A stretch of 32,000 nucleotides of DNA from an uncultured Eggerthellaceae bacterium (GTDB lineage: Bacteria > Actinomycetota > Coriobacteriia > Coriobacteriales > Eggerthellaceae). The position numbers and the translations under genes are program-made. The first letter of the stretch is position 1. Every line of letters begins with the position of its first letter. Shown piece by piece: positions 24,952 to 32,000 of this stretch. The notes under the pieces are model-generated. The model saw only the letters and a program-made list of their open reading frames with translations. It had not been told where the DNA came from and did no database searches. The stretch spans positions 203,913-235,912 of the forward strand of contig CAYWWK010000001.1 in NCBI GenBank assembly GCA_964462135.1, written 5' to 3'.

Positions 24952-27288
24952 TTGCCTATCGATATAGAATCGCTGAATCCGCCTCAGCAGGAAGCGGTCC
25001 TCACCACCGAGGGACCGCTTCTTGTTCTTGCTGGCGCGGGATCGGGTAAGACGCGCGTGCTTACCTATCGCATCGCCCATATGATCGAATCGGGAGTGGC
25101 TGAGCCGTGGGAGATGCTGGCCATCACCTTCACCAACAAGGCAGCCGCTGAGATGCGTGAGAGGCTCTCATCGCTCATCGGCGGGAGGGTCCGGGGCATG
25201 TGGGTGTCCACCTTCCACAGCATGTGCGTGCGCATCCTGCGAGCCGATGCCGAGAAGATAGGCTTCACGCGCACCTTCACCATCTACGATACCGATGACC
25301 AGAAGCGGTTGGTGAAGACCATCATGGCGGAGCTTGACCTGAATCCGAAGGTGTTCCAACCCGCCGGCATCATAGCGAGGATATCCAAGGCGAAGAACGA
25401 ACTCGTCGTTGCCGGGGAATTCGCAGATGAGGCGGTGGATATGATGGACAAGGCGGCGGCACGGGTCTATGAGGCCTACCAAAGCCGTCTGCGCGCGGCC
25501 AACGCCATGGACTTCGATGATCTTCTGATGTACACGTATCTTCTGTTCAGGCATCACCCTGAGGTGTTGAAGGCCTACCAAGGCCGCTTCAAGTACATCC
25601 TGGTGGACGAGTATCAGGATACCAACCATGCTCAATACGCCATCACCCAGCTGCTTGCTTCCAAGATGCGTAACATTATGGTGGTGGGCGACGATGACCA
25701 GTCCATCTATTCGTGGCGAGGGGCCGACATCCGCAACATCCTCGAGTTCGAGCAGGATTACCCCGAAGCGAAGACGGTGAAGCTGGAGCAGAACTACCGT
25801 TCGACGGGTACCATCCTCAAGGCTGCCAACGAGGTCATCTCCCACAACTCCTCGCGCAAGGAGAAGCGCCTGTTCACTGATCAGGGTGACGGCGAGAAGA
25901 TATCGGTCTATGTGGCCGCCGATGAACGTGATGAGGGACGATGGATAGCCGGTGAGATGGAAAAGCTCCACGAAGGAGGCAGGCGCTACAGCCAATTGGC
26001 GCTCTTCTACCGCACCAATGCGCAATCGCGCGTGCTTGAGGACATGCTTCTGCGCGCAGGGGTGCCCTATCGCATCGTGGGAGGCACGAAGTTCTTCGAT
26101 CGTGCTGAGATACGCCATGTCATGGCATACCTTTCCCTGGTAGACAACCCCGCTGATGACATGGCATTCGAGCGCATCGTGAACGTGCCGCGCCGTGGCA
26201 TCGGAGCCACCACGCTCGAACGCATCCGCTCGTTCGCCAACCAGCTGCACATGCCGCTCTCAGCGGCTGCAGAGATGCTCTTGGTTGACGAGGACGTGCG
26301 TCCCGCCGTCAAGCGATCACTGGGAGAGCTGCTGGAGATATTCCGCCAGGCCCGCACCTATACGGGTGATCTTCGCAAGGTCATAGAGCGCATCGTGGAG
26401 GATTCCGGTCTCATACAGGCCTATGAGGCTGAGGGCACCGATGAGGCCATGGCTCGTATCGAGAACATCAAGGAGTTCTTCGGCGTGGTGTCCGAATTCG
26501 CTGACAGTCACTCGTCTGAAGACGCCCTGTACGCGCCGCCCCGGTCCGAGGAAGCGGCAGTCGAAGAGGAGCCCGTGCGGGAATTGCGCGGCGACTCCCT
26601 TCCTGATTTCCTTGAATGGGTGCGACTCCGCACCGACCTGGATTCGGTGGCTGAAGGAGGGGATGCCGTCACGCTGATGACGGTACACTCCTCAAAGGGG
26701 CTCGAATTCGACACTGTCTTCGTGGCGGGTATGGAAGAGGGCATCTTCCCCCATATGACCTCCATCTCCGAGGCGTCAGGATACGAGGAGGAACGCAGGC
26801 TTGCCTACGTGGCCATCACCCGTGCGCGCAAGAAGCTCTATCTCAGCTGCGCTCAGACCCGCAAGCTCTATGGACAGACGAATGCGAACCAGATATCCAG
26901 CTTCCTGCGTGATATCCCGCAGGATCTGCGCGAAACGAAAGGATTGGGCTCTGCGGGCTTCTCAGGCAGCGGGTGGGAGAAGCGAGGAAGCAGACGCGGC
27001 ATCTCTGGTTCTGGTACCGAAGCTGGTGGCGGAGGCGTATTCGGTCAGTCCAGCGCCTCGGGTTCCCGGGGGCGGTCGTGGGCATCCTCGGAGCGCGGTA
27101 CCAATGCGCAAGGCAAGCGATCGGGCGCGAAGGAGACCTTCAAGACCGGGGACACCGTCGACCACAAGACCTTTGGCCGTGGAACCGTGGTGAAGGCGGC
27201 AGGGGATGTCATCTACGTGAAGTTCAAGAAGACCAACGCCACGAAGAAGCTTTTGAAGGATTACGCTCCCATCGTGAAGATCGGTTGA
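24952..27288 (+). CDS. pcrA: ATP-dependent DNA helicase PcrA/UvrD
   Basis: 778 aa. It has LNPPQQEAV, AGAGSGKTRVLT, DEYQDTN, VGDDDQSIYSWRGA and QNYRS blocks. A G/S/R-rich linker leads to a C-terminal Tudor-like GD.V.HK.FGRGTV block. TTG start, 10 nt after GGAGG. Confidence 0.95.
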   Translation: MPIDIESLNPPQQEAVLTTEGPLLVLAGAGSGKTRVLTYRIAHMIESGVAEPWEMLAITFTNKAAAEMRERLSSLIGGRVRGMWVSTFHSMCVRILRADAEKIGFTRTFTIYDTDDQKRLVKTIMAELDLNPKVFQPAGIIARISKAKNELVVAGEFADEAVDMMDKAAARVYEAYQSRLRAANAMDFDDLLMYTYLLFRHHPEVLKAYQGRFKYILVDEYQDTNHAQYAITQLLASKMRNIMVVGDDDQSIYSWRGADIRNILEFEQDYPEAKTVKLEQNYRSTGTILKAANEVISHNSSRKEKRLFTDQGDGEKISVYVAADERDEGRWIAGEMEKLHEGGRRYSQLALFYRTNAQSRVLEDMLLRAGVPYRIVGGTKFFDRAEIRHVMAYLSLVDNPADDMAFERIVNVPRRGIGATTLERIRSFANQLHMPLSAAAEMLLVDEDVRPAVKRSLGELLEIFRQARTYTGDLRKVIERIVEDSGLIQAYEAEGTDEAMARIENIKEFFGVVSEFADSHSSEDALYAPPRSEEAAVEEEPVRELRGDSLPDFLEWVRLRTDLDSVAEGGDAVTLMTVHSSKGLEFDTVFVAGMEEGIFPHMTSISEASGYEEERRLAYVAITRARKKLYLSCAQTRKLYGQTNANQISSFLRDIPQDLRETKGLGSAGFSGSGWEKRGSRRGISGSGTEAGGGGVFGQSSASGSRGRSWASSERGTNAQGKRSGAKETFKTGDTVDHKTFGRGTVVKAAGDVIYVKFKKTNATKKLLKDYAPIVKIG

Positions 27289-27322
27289 TGCCCTTTTCTC
27301 TCGCCAACGCTTCGGGCATCTC

Positions 27323-27366
27323 CTTCCGCCTTCGTTGGGGTGTTCGAAGACGGAAGCCTTCGCTAC
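27323..27366 (-). repeat. REP-like element (minus orientation) between pcrA and the pyrophosphatase gene
   Basis: cttccgccttcg/ttggggtgtt/cgaagacggaag forms a 12-bp stem with one mismatch. It is followed by ccttCGCTAC, whose reverse complement begins GTAGCGAAGGCTTC. Confidence 0.55.
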
Positions 27367-27401
27367 ACTGACAGGAGAAGGCAAGAGAAGAAGGAGCGAA
27401 G

Positions 27402-28757
27402 ATGCCAAGACCTGTGATCGTCGTGGGACACAAGAACCCCGACAATGATTCCATCAGCTCGGCGGTGGGCTATGCCCATCTCAAGAATGAACTTGCTCGA
27501 AGAGCTGGAAGTGGTGAGGTCTTCATCCCCGCACGGCTTGGTGCATTGCCACCGGAAAGCGCGTGGGTACTCGATCGCTATCAAGTGGAACCACCGCGGC
27601 TGATCGGTCACGTCCATACGCGTGTGAGCGATGTCATGACTCCTGAGCCCATCACCATCAATCAGCACGCCAGCATGCTGGAGGCCGGACGCACGCTGCG
27701 CCAGCACAACATCAGATCGCTGGTGGTAGAAGACGAGCAGGGGCTTTTCCAAGGGCTCATCTCGACGAGGGCCATTGCCGAGCGCTACATGGCGGCGACG
27801 GATGCCTTGGATGACGCAAGCCCTGAATCCACGATGGCCGTGGCCACCTCCCTCATCGAATCCCTTTCCCAGAAGGTCTCTGAGCTCATGTTCACGAACG
27901 TCATCAAGCTTGAAGAGGAGAATGTCCTGCAGGATGTCGTGGACGACATGATTGCGAGTGACCTTCGCGAAGCGGTGGTGCTTGACGAGGTGGGTCATGC
28001 GGTGGGCATCGTCACGCGATCCGATGTCGCCACGCCTCTGAAACGGCGCGTCATCCTGGTTGACCACAACGAGGTGAACCAAGCGGCTGCCGGCATCGGT
28101 GAGGCGGACATCCTCGAGATCATCGATCATCATCGCGTGGCGGATGTCTCCACGGCCAATCCCATCAAGTTCATCAATCGGCCCATCGGCTCCACAGCCA
28201 CGATCGTCTCACTTGAGTTCCAGGATCATGGGATTGACATTCCAGAAGGCATTGCGGCAGTGCTGCTTTCGGCCATCATGACGGATACCGTCATCTTGAA
28301 ATCTCCCACCGCAACGCCGGTGGATGCCAAGCAGGCAGACCATCTCGCCCAGATCGTCGGCGTCAAGCCTGAGGAATTCGGACTTGAGGTCTTCCGTGCA
28401 CGCGGTGGCGATGCCGACATGCCGGCGGAAGAGCTGGTCGAAGCGGATTCCAAGGAATTCCAGCTTGATGACAAGACCATACTCATCGCTCAGCATGAGA
28501 CCGTGGATCTTGCGGCGGTCATGGAGCGCGAACAGGAATTGCGCGAACACATGCGAAAGCTTCTGAAAGACAAGGGGTATGAGACAGTGGTGCTGATGGC
28601 CACCGACATCCTGGCAGAGGGCACACAGCTGCTTGCGGAAGGCAATCGCAAGATCGTGAATCGCGCGTTCGGTATCGAGTGCACAGGTCAAGGCGGAACA
28701 TGGATGCCGGGTGTGCTCTCGCGCAAGAAGCAGGTGGCGGCAAGGATCTTAGGATAG
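27402..28757 (+). CDS. ppaC: Family II (DHH) inorganic pyrophosphatase with a CBS-domain insertion
   Basis: 451 aa. It has VVGHKNPDNDSISSAVGYAHL, a CBS pair (about residues 65-200), VDHNE, IIDHHR and a DHHA2-type C-terminus (KEF...). The length argues that no DRTGG domain is present. Confidence 0.88.
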   Translation: MPRPVIVVGHKNPDNDSISSAVGYAHLKNELARRAGSGEVFIPARLGALPPESAWVLDRYQVEPPRLIGHVHTRVSDVMTPEPITINQHASMLEAGRTLRQHNIRSLVVEDEQGLFQGLISTRAIAERYMAATDALDDASPESTMAVATSLIESLSQKVSELMFTNVIKLEEENVLQDVVDDMIASDLREAVVLDEVGHAVGIVTRSDVATPLKRRVILVDHNEVNQAAAGIGEADILEIIDHHRVADVSTANPIKFINRPIGSTATIVSLEFQDHGIDIPEGIAAVLLSAIMTDTVILKSPTATPVDAKQADHLAQIVGVKPEEFGLEVFRARGGDADMPAEELVEADSKEFQLDDKTILIAQHETVDLAAVMEREQELREHMRKLLKDKGYETVVLMATDILAEGTQLLAEGNRKIVNRAFGIECTGQGGTWMPGVLSRKKQVAARILG

Positions 28758-28760
28758 GGT

Positions 28761-29885
28761 ATGGGCGCTGAAAGACTGCTTGGCCTCTTCGAGAGGCTCG
28801 TTGCCATAGAAAGTCCCTCTTGGCATGAGGCCGAAATGGCCAAGGCCTGCAAGGAGGAACTGGAGCAGCTGGGATTTGATGTTTCGTTCGATGGCTCGGC
28901 ACGTGTCACGGGTTCCGATACGGGAAACCTCATTGCATACCGGAAAGGCGATGCAGCTGGAGCAGTGGCATTCTCCGCCCACATGGATACGGTGAAGCCT
29001 TGCGAGGACATCCAGATATGCCGGATTGAGGATGAGCGCGGAGAGGTGCTCTGCTCTGAAGGGGCAACGATCCTCTCGGCTGATGACAAGGCGGGGGTAG
29101 CCGCCATCTTCGAAGGCATCCGCACCGCACTCGAAGGAGGCCAGAGCCTCCCTGATATCCATGTGCTGCTGATCACGTGCGAAGAGCAGAGTCTGCTGGG
29201 TTCAGCCGCATTGAGCCCAGATGATCTGCCCCAGGGCATCGATTGCTTCGTTCTGGATGCCGATGGTGCACCGGGATCGGTCATCGGAGAGGCTCCGTGC
29301 CATCGAACCATGCGTGTCCTCATCAAGGGCAGAAGCGCGCATGCGGGCGTGGAGCCCGAAGTGGGCATCTCGGCCATCCAGGCAGCTGCTGCGTCTGTCT
29401 GCGCGATGGAATTGGGGCGTCTTGACGATGCAACCACGGCGAACATCGGCATCATAGAAGGAGGCGTGGCCGTCAACATCGTTCCAGAGGCGTGCAGGCT
29501 GGAAGGGGAGTGCCGTTCCATCTTCCCGAAGCGGGCCGATGAGGTTCAGGAGCAGATGACCGCTGCCGTGCGACAGGCTTGTGAGCGCTTTGGTGCAGAG
29601 GCGGACATCACGTGGGAGCAGGACTATCCGGCAGTGCGGTTCACCTCGGACAGTCCCATCATCAATAAGGCGCGCATTGCCATCGAAGATGCAGGGCTCC
29701 CCTTCCAGATGGTGCGGACCGGGGGTGGTGCCGATGCCAACAATCTGAATGGCAAAGGCATCAATGCCGTCACGCTGGGCACCGGCATGGCGAACTTCCA
29801 TTCCACCGACGAGTACATCCGCGTTCAGGACCTCGTCGATGATGCTCGCTTGGTCTGCGCCCTCATAAAGGCCTACGCTGCCTGA
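28761..29885 (+). CDS. M20-family metallopeptidase (peptidase T-like)
   Basis: 374 aa. It has the blocks HMDTV, ADDKAGVA, CEE and GGADAN. It starts 3 nt after the pyrophosphatase stop. Confidence 0.8.
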   Translation: MGAERLLGLFERLVAIESPSWHEAEMAKACKEELEQLGFDVSFDGSARVTGSDTGNLIAYRKGDAAGAVAFSAHMDTVKPCEDIQICRIEDERGEVLCSEGATILSADDKAGVAAIFEGIRTALEGGQSLPDIHVLLITCEEQSLLGSAALSPDDLPQGIDCFVLDADGAPGSVIGEAPCHRTMRVLIKGRSAHAGVEPEVGISAIQAAAASVCAMELGRLDDATTANIGIIEGGVAVNIVPEACRLEGECRSIFPKRADEVQEQMTAAVRQACERFGAEADITWEQDYPAVRFTSDSPIINKARIAIEDAGLPFQMVRTGGGADANNLNGKGINAVTLGTGMANFHSTDEYIRVQDLVDDARLVCALIKAYAA

Positions 29886-29900
29886 TGGCGGACCATCAGG
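29881..29900 (+). terminator. Hairpin overlapping the M20 peptidase stop codon
   Basis: cctgatgg/cgga/ccatcagg forms an 8-bp perfect stem. No U-tract follows. Confidence 0.35.
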
Positions 29901-29916
29901 TTCGAGGCACAGACTT

Positions 29917-29953
29917 GTAACGCAGGCTTCAGCCTGCGTCCCTTGTAAAGGGG
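29917..29953 (+). repeat. REP-like element (GTAACG variant) with two hairpins
   Basis: The sequence is gtaACGCAGGC/ttca/GCCTGCGT followed by ccctt/gta/aaggg. The stem and the following tccc match the reverse complement of 3951-3976 apart from the loop (ttca vs ttta) and the head (GTAACG vs GTAGCG). Confidence 0.6.
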
Positions 29954-30163
29954 ACCTGCGATCAACCGGAGAGACAAGGGACAATGATGAGACAAGGGCC
30001 ACCTCTAACGTCTCCTTGTCGGCCGTGCCCACATAAGGGTCTTGCCTTGGAGGGCGGTCAACCATCGGGGTCAACTGATTGGAAACAACTGCCTTTGCAG
30101 GGGGATCAAGACCGGTCATGGGGGATAATCCATCCTGAGAAATACGTGAAGGGAGTGGAACCC

Positions 30164-30421
30164 ATGGCCTACCTGCCGAACATCGTCCTGTATTACAAGC
30201 CCACCTGTCCCTATTGCCATAAGGTGACAGCCTATATGCAGGATCAGGACATCGCTTGCGAGATGCGCAACACCCTGGAACCCGGCGTGCGGGATGAGCT
30301 CATCGCCATCGGCGGGAAGGGTCAGGTGCCGTGTCTGGTGATCGACGGCCAGCCGCTCTATGAGTCCAACGATATCATCGAGTATCTTCATGGGCTCGTT
30401 GCCGCTGACGAGATCGGTTGA
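30164..30421 (+). CDS. Glutaredoxin-family protein (CPYC active site)
   Basis: 85 aa from the ATG at 30164, preceded by AAGGGAG. It has the blocks YYKPTCPYCHKV, GQVPCLVIDG and YESNDII. The 60-codon upstream extension in the ORF track is rejected. Confidence 0.85.
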   Translation: MAYLPNIVLYYKPTCPYCHKVTAYMQDQDIACEMRNTLEPGVRDELIAIGGKGQVPCLVIDGQPLYESNDIIEYLHGLVAADEIG

Positions 30422-31566
30422 TCGTGGTCATCCTTGATGAGCCCTTTGCTTCTGAGCCGCTGCTGCAGTGGCTGTCTGGAAGCAAGCATCCGGTCCTTGC
30501 CAATGCGTTCGCCTGCCACGTGGCAAATCATACGGGCTATGCGCTCCATCTCATAGAAGAGGGTGAAGCCATTGAACGGATGGATGCTGGCGAGCGTATC
30601 TATACCTGTTCTGAGAATGCCTTGGCGTGGATATTGGAGCATTCCAGCGACCAGAAGCTCACCGGCGCCATCTCCCTGTTCAAAGACAAGGGGCGCATGC
30701 GTGAGCGGCTCGCTTCACTTGCCCCTGACTTCTTCTACCAGCGCGTTCTTCGCGACGAGCTGGCGAAGGTGTGCGCCCATGATCTGCCCTTTCCCGTCGT
30801 ATTGAAGCCGAATGTGGGCTTTTGCTCCCTGGGTGTCTATGTGGTACAGGACGAGGCGGCCTGGATGGCGGCACTGGAGGATATTGCTGCCCATGAACAG
30901 CAATGGCGTGCGATGTACCCCGAAAGCGTCATAGGATCCCAGGAGTACTTGATCGAAGGCTACATCAAGGGTCAGGAATATGCGCTGGATGCCTACTTCG
31001 ATGGGGAAGGGGTGCCGCATATCCTCAACCTGTGGCGGCATGATTTCGCCGATCAAGAGGATACGAGCGACCGACTCTACCTTTCCAGCAAAGCCATCAT
31101 CGAGGAGGTCTTCGATTCATTTGACCAGTGGCTCACCCAAGTGAATGGCATGATAGGTGCGCGGAATTTCTGTGTGCATGTCGAAGCGCGTCGGTTGGAA
31201 GATGCCATCGTCCCCATCGAATTCAATCCCCTGCGCTTCGCAGGATTGGGCGGCACGGACATGGCCTACTACGGGTGTGGCTATCGCACCTACGAATGTT
31301 ACCTGGATGATCTTCCCCTCGATCTTCGTGCCGTCTACAAGGCCCATCCAGAGGATGTGTACTCCATGTCGCTTCTGGGAAGCGTTGGTGCAGGGGCCTT
31401 CCACTATGAGCGGTTCGCGCGGCGGTTCTCTGACGTGCTTGCGCTGGTGCGATTCGATGCGCAGAAGACAGGCTCATACGGGTTTCTGTTCCTGCGAACA
31501 CCCATTGATGATCCTTCCGAGCGCCACTTCGTGCTCAATGCTGACCTCAGGGACTACCTATCCTGA
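30418..31566 (+). CDS. ATP-grasp domain protein (orphan carboxylate-amine ligase)
   Basis: 382 aa. The blocks FPVVLKPNVGFCSLGVYVV, EYLIEGYIKGQEYALDAYF and PIEFNPLRFAG fit an ATP-grasp fold. The TTG start overlaps the glutaredoxin stop (TTGA). Confidence 0.75.
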   Translation: MIVVILDEPFASEPLLQWLSGSKHPVLANAFACHVANHTGYALHLIEEGEAIERMDAGERIYTCSENALAWILEHSSDQKLTGAISLFKDKGRMRERLASLAPDFFYQRVLRDELAKVCAHDLPFPVVLKPNVGFCSLGVYVVQDEAAWMAALEDIAAHEQQWRAMYPESVIGSQEYLIEGYIKGQEYALDAYFDGEGVPHILNLWRHDFADQEDTSDRLYLSSKAIIEEVFDSFDQWLTQVNGMIGARNFCVHVEARRLEDAIVPIEFNPLRFAGLGGTDMAYYGCGYRTYECYLDDLPLDLRAVYKAHPEDVYSMSLLGSVGAGAFHYERFARRFSDVLALVRFDAQKTGSYGFLFLRTPIDDPSERHFVLNADLRDYLS

Positions 31567-31621
31567 CGGACCTGGGCGCCGTCTGCCGACAATAGTATAG
31601 ACACTCCCGGTACCGTGGCGT

Positions 31622-31650
31622 TTGACACACGGGGAAGACATAACTAGTAT
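31622..31650 (+). promoter_or_regulatory. Sigma-70-type promoter upstream of rpsL
   Basis: TTGACA (31622-31627), a 17-nt spacer, then TAGTAT (31645-31650). Confidence 0.5.
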
Positions 31651-31658
31651 GCATCGTC

Positions 31659-31682
31659 GCGCCTGATAGAGGCGCATTTTTT
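31659..31682 (+). terminator. Intrinsic-terminator-like hairpin plus U6 (ATP-grasp gene terminator and/or rpsL leader attenuator)
   Basis: gcgcct/gatag/aggcgc followed by a-tttttt. The right arm can alternatively pair with tgcgc (31687-31691), and a further hairpin gtgcgc/attcgcgaa/gcgcac lies at 31686-31706. Confidence 0.55.
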
Positions 31683-31753
31683 CGCGTGCGCATTCGCGAA
31701 GCGCACATGAAAGAGGCAATGCAAGGATAGGGAATCAAGAAGGAAGTGAAGAG

Positions 31754-32000
31754 TTGCCTACTATCAACCAGCTGGTCCGCAAGGGCCGCCAGAAGCAAGT
31801 AGACAAGAAGAAGACTCCTGCGCTCAAGGGCAATCCCCAGAAGCGTGGCGTCTGCACCCGTGTCTACACCACCACCCCCAAGAAGCCGAATTCCGCGCTT
31901 CGCAAGGTCTGCCGTGTCCGCTTGGTCAACGGCATGGAAGTCACCGCATATATCCCGGGTATCGGCCACAACCTGCAGGAGCACTCCATGGTGCTCATCC
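31754..32000 (+). CDS. rpsL: 30S ribosomal protein S12, N-terminal part (continues beyond window)
   Basis: TTG start. The translation (L)[81 protein letters not shown] is unmistakably S12. It is absent from the ORF track because the ORF is open-ended with a non-ATG start. Confidence 0.97.
   Translation, partial: MPTINQLVRKGRQKQVDKKKTPALKGNPQKRGVCTRVYTTTPKKPNSALRKVCRVRLVNGMEVTAYIPGIGHNLQEHSMVLI

Noticed and set aside
31547-31984. ORF 31547-31984 (-, 145 aa).
   Set aside because: It is antisense to the unmistakable rpsL coding sequence and its leader.

Overview
A 32 kb chromosomal window from a high-GC Gram-positive bacterium. Gene content and the frequent leaderless, SD-less starts suggest Actinomycetota, possibly Coriobacteriia; that is inference, not checked. 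The window is mostly housekeeping. It holds the relA 3' part, an MBL hydrolase, Pit plus a DUF47 regulator, and a thioredoxin-like protein. It also holds the aspartate-family genes lysC (with a nested beta subunit), asd, dapL and thrH. Further genes are tlyA, an alanine/glycine:cation symporter, uppP, TatD, chorismate mutase plus DAHP synthase, pcrA, a CBS-type family II pyrophosphatase, an M20 peptidase and the rpsL 5' part. Five things deserve a second look. (1) A bacterial Elp3 (radical-SAM/GNAT) sits 24 bp from a divergent Trm9-type methyltransferase. That methyltransferase is translationally coupled to a SpeE-fold transferase, and an orphan radical-SAM gene abuts the cluster. Together they form a candidate eukaryote/archaea-like xm5U34 tRNA modification module. 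(2) A single-gene, AT-rich island encodes an AAA+ ATPase fused to a PD-(D/E)xK-like DUF4143 domain. It has its own palindromic leaderless promoter and is bracketed by about 29 bp direct repeats. (3) A dispersed family of REP-like elements (GTAGCG head plus GC-rich hairpin) occupies most intergenic gaps. (4) A glutaredoxin-like gene is translationally coupled to an orphan ATP-grasp ligase. (5) A 57-codon Lys/Cys-rich ORF lies below the ORF-track cutoff. No tRNA, rRNA, CRISPR array or transposase was found. Many long ORFs in the track are antisense artefacts of high GC content.
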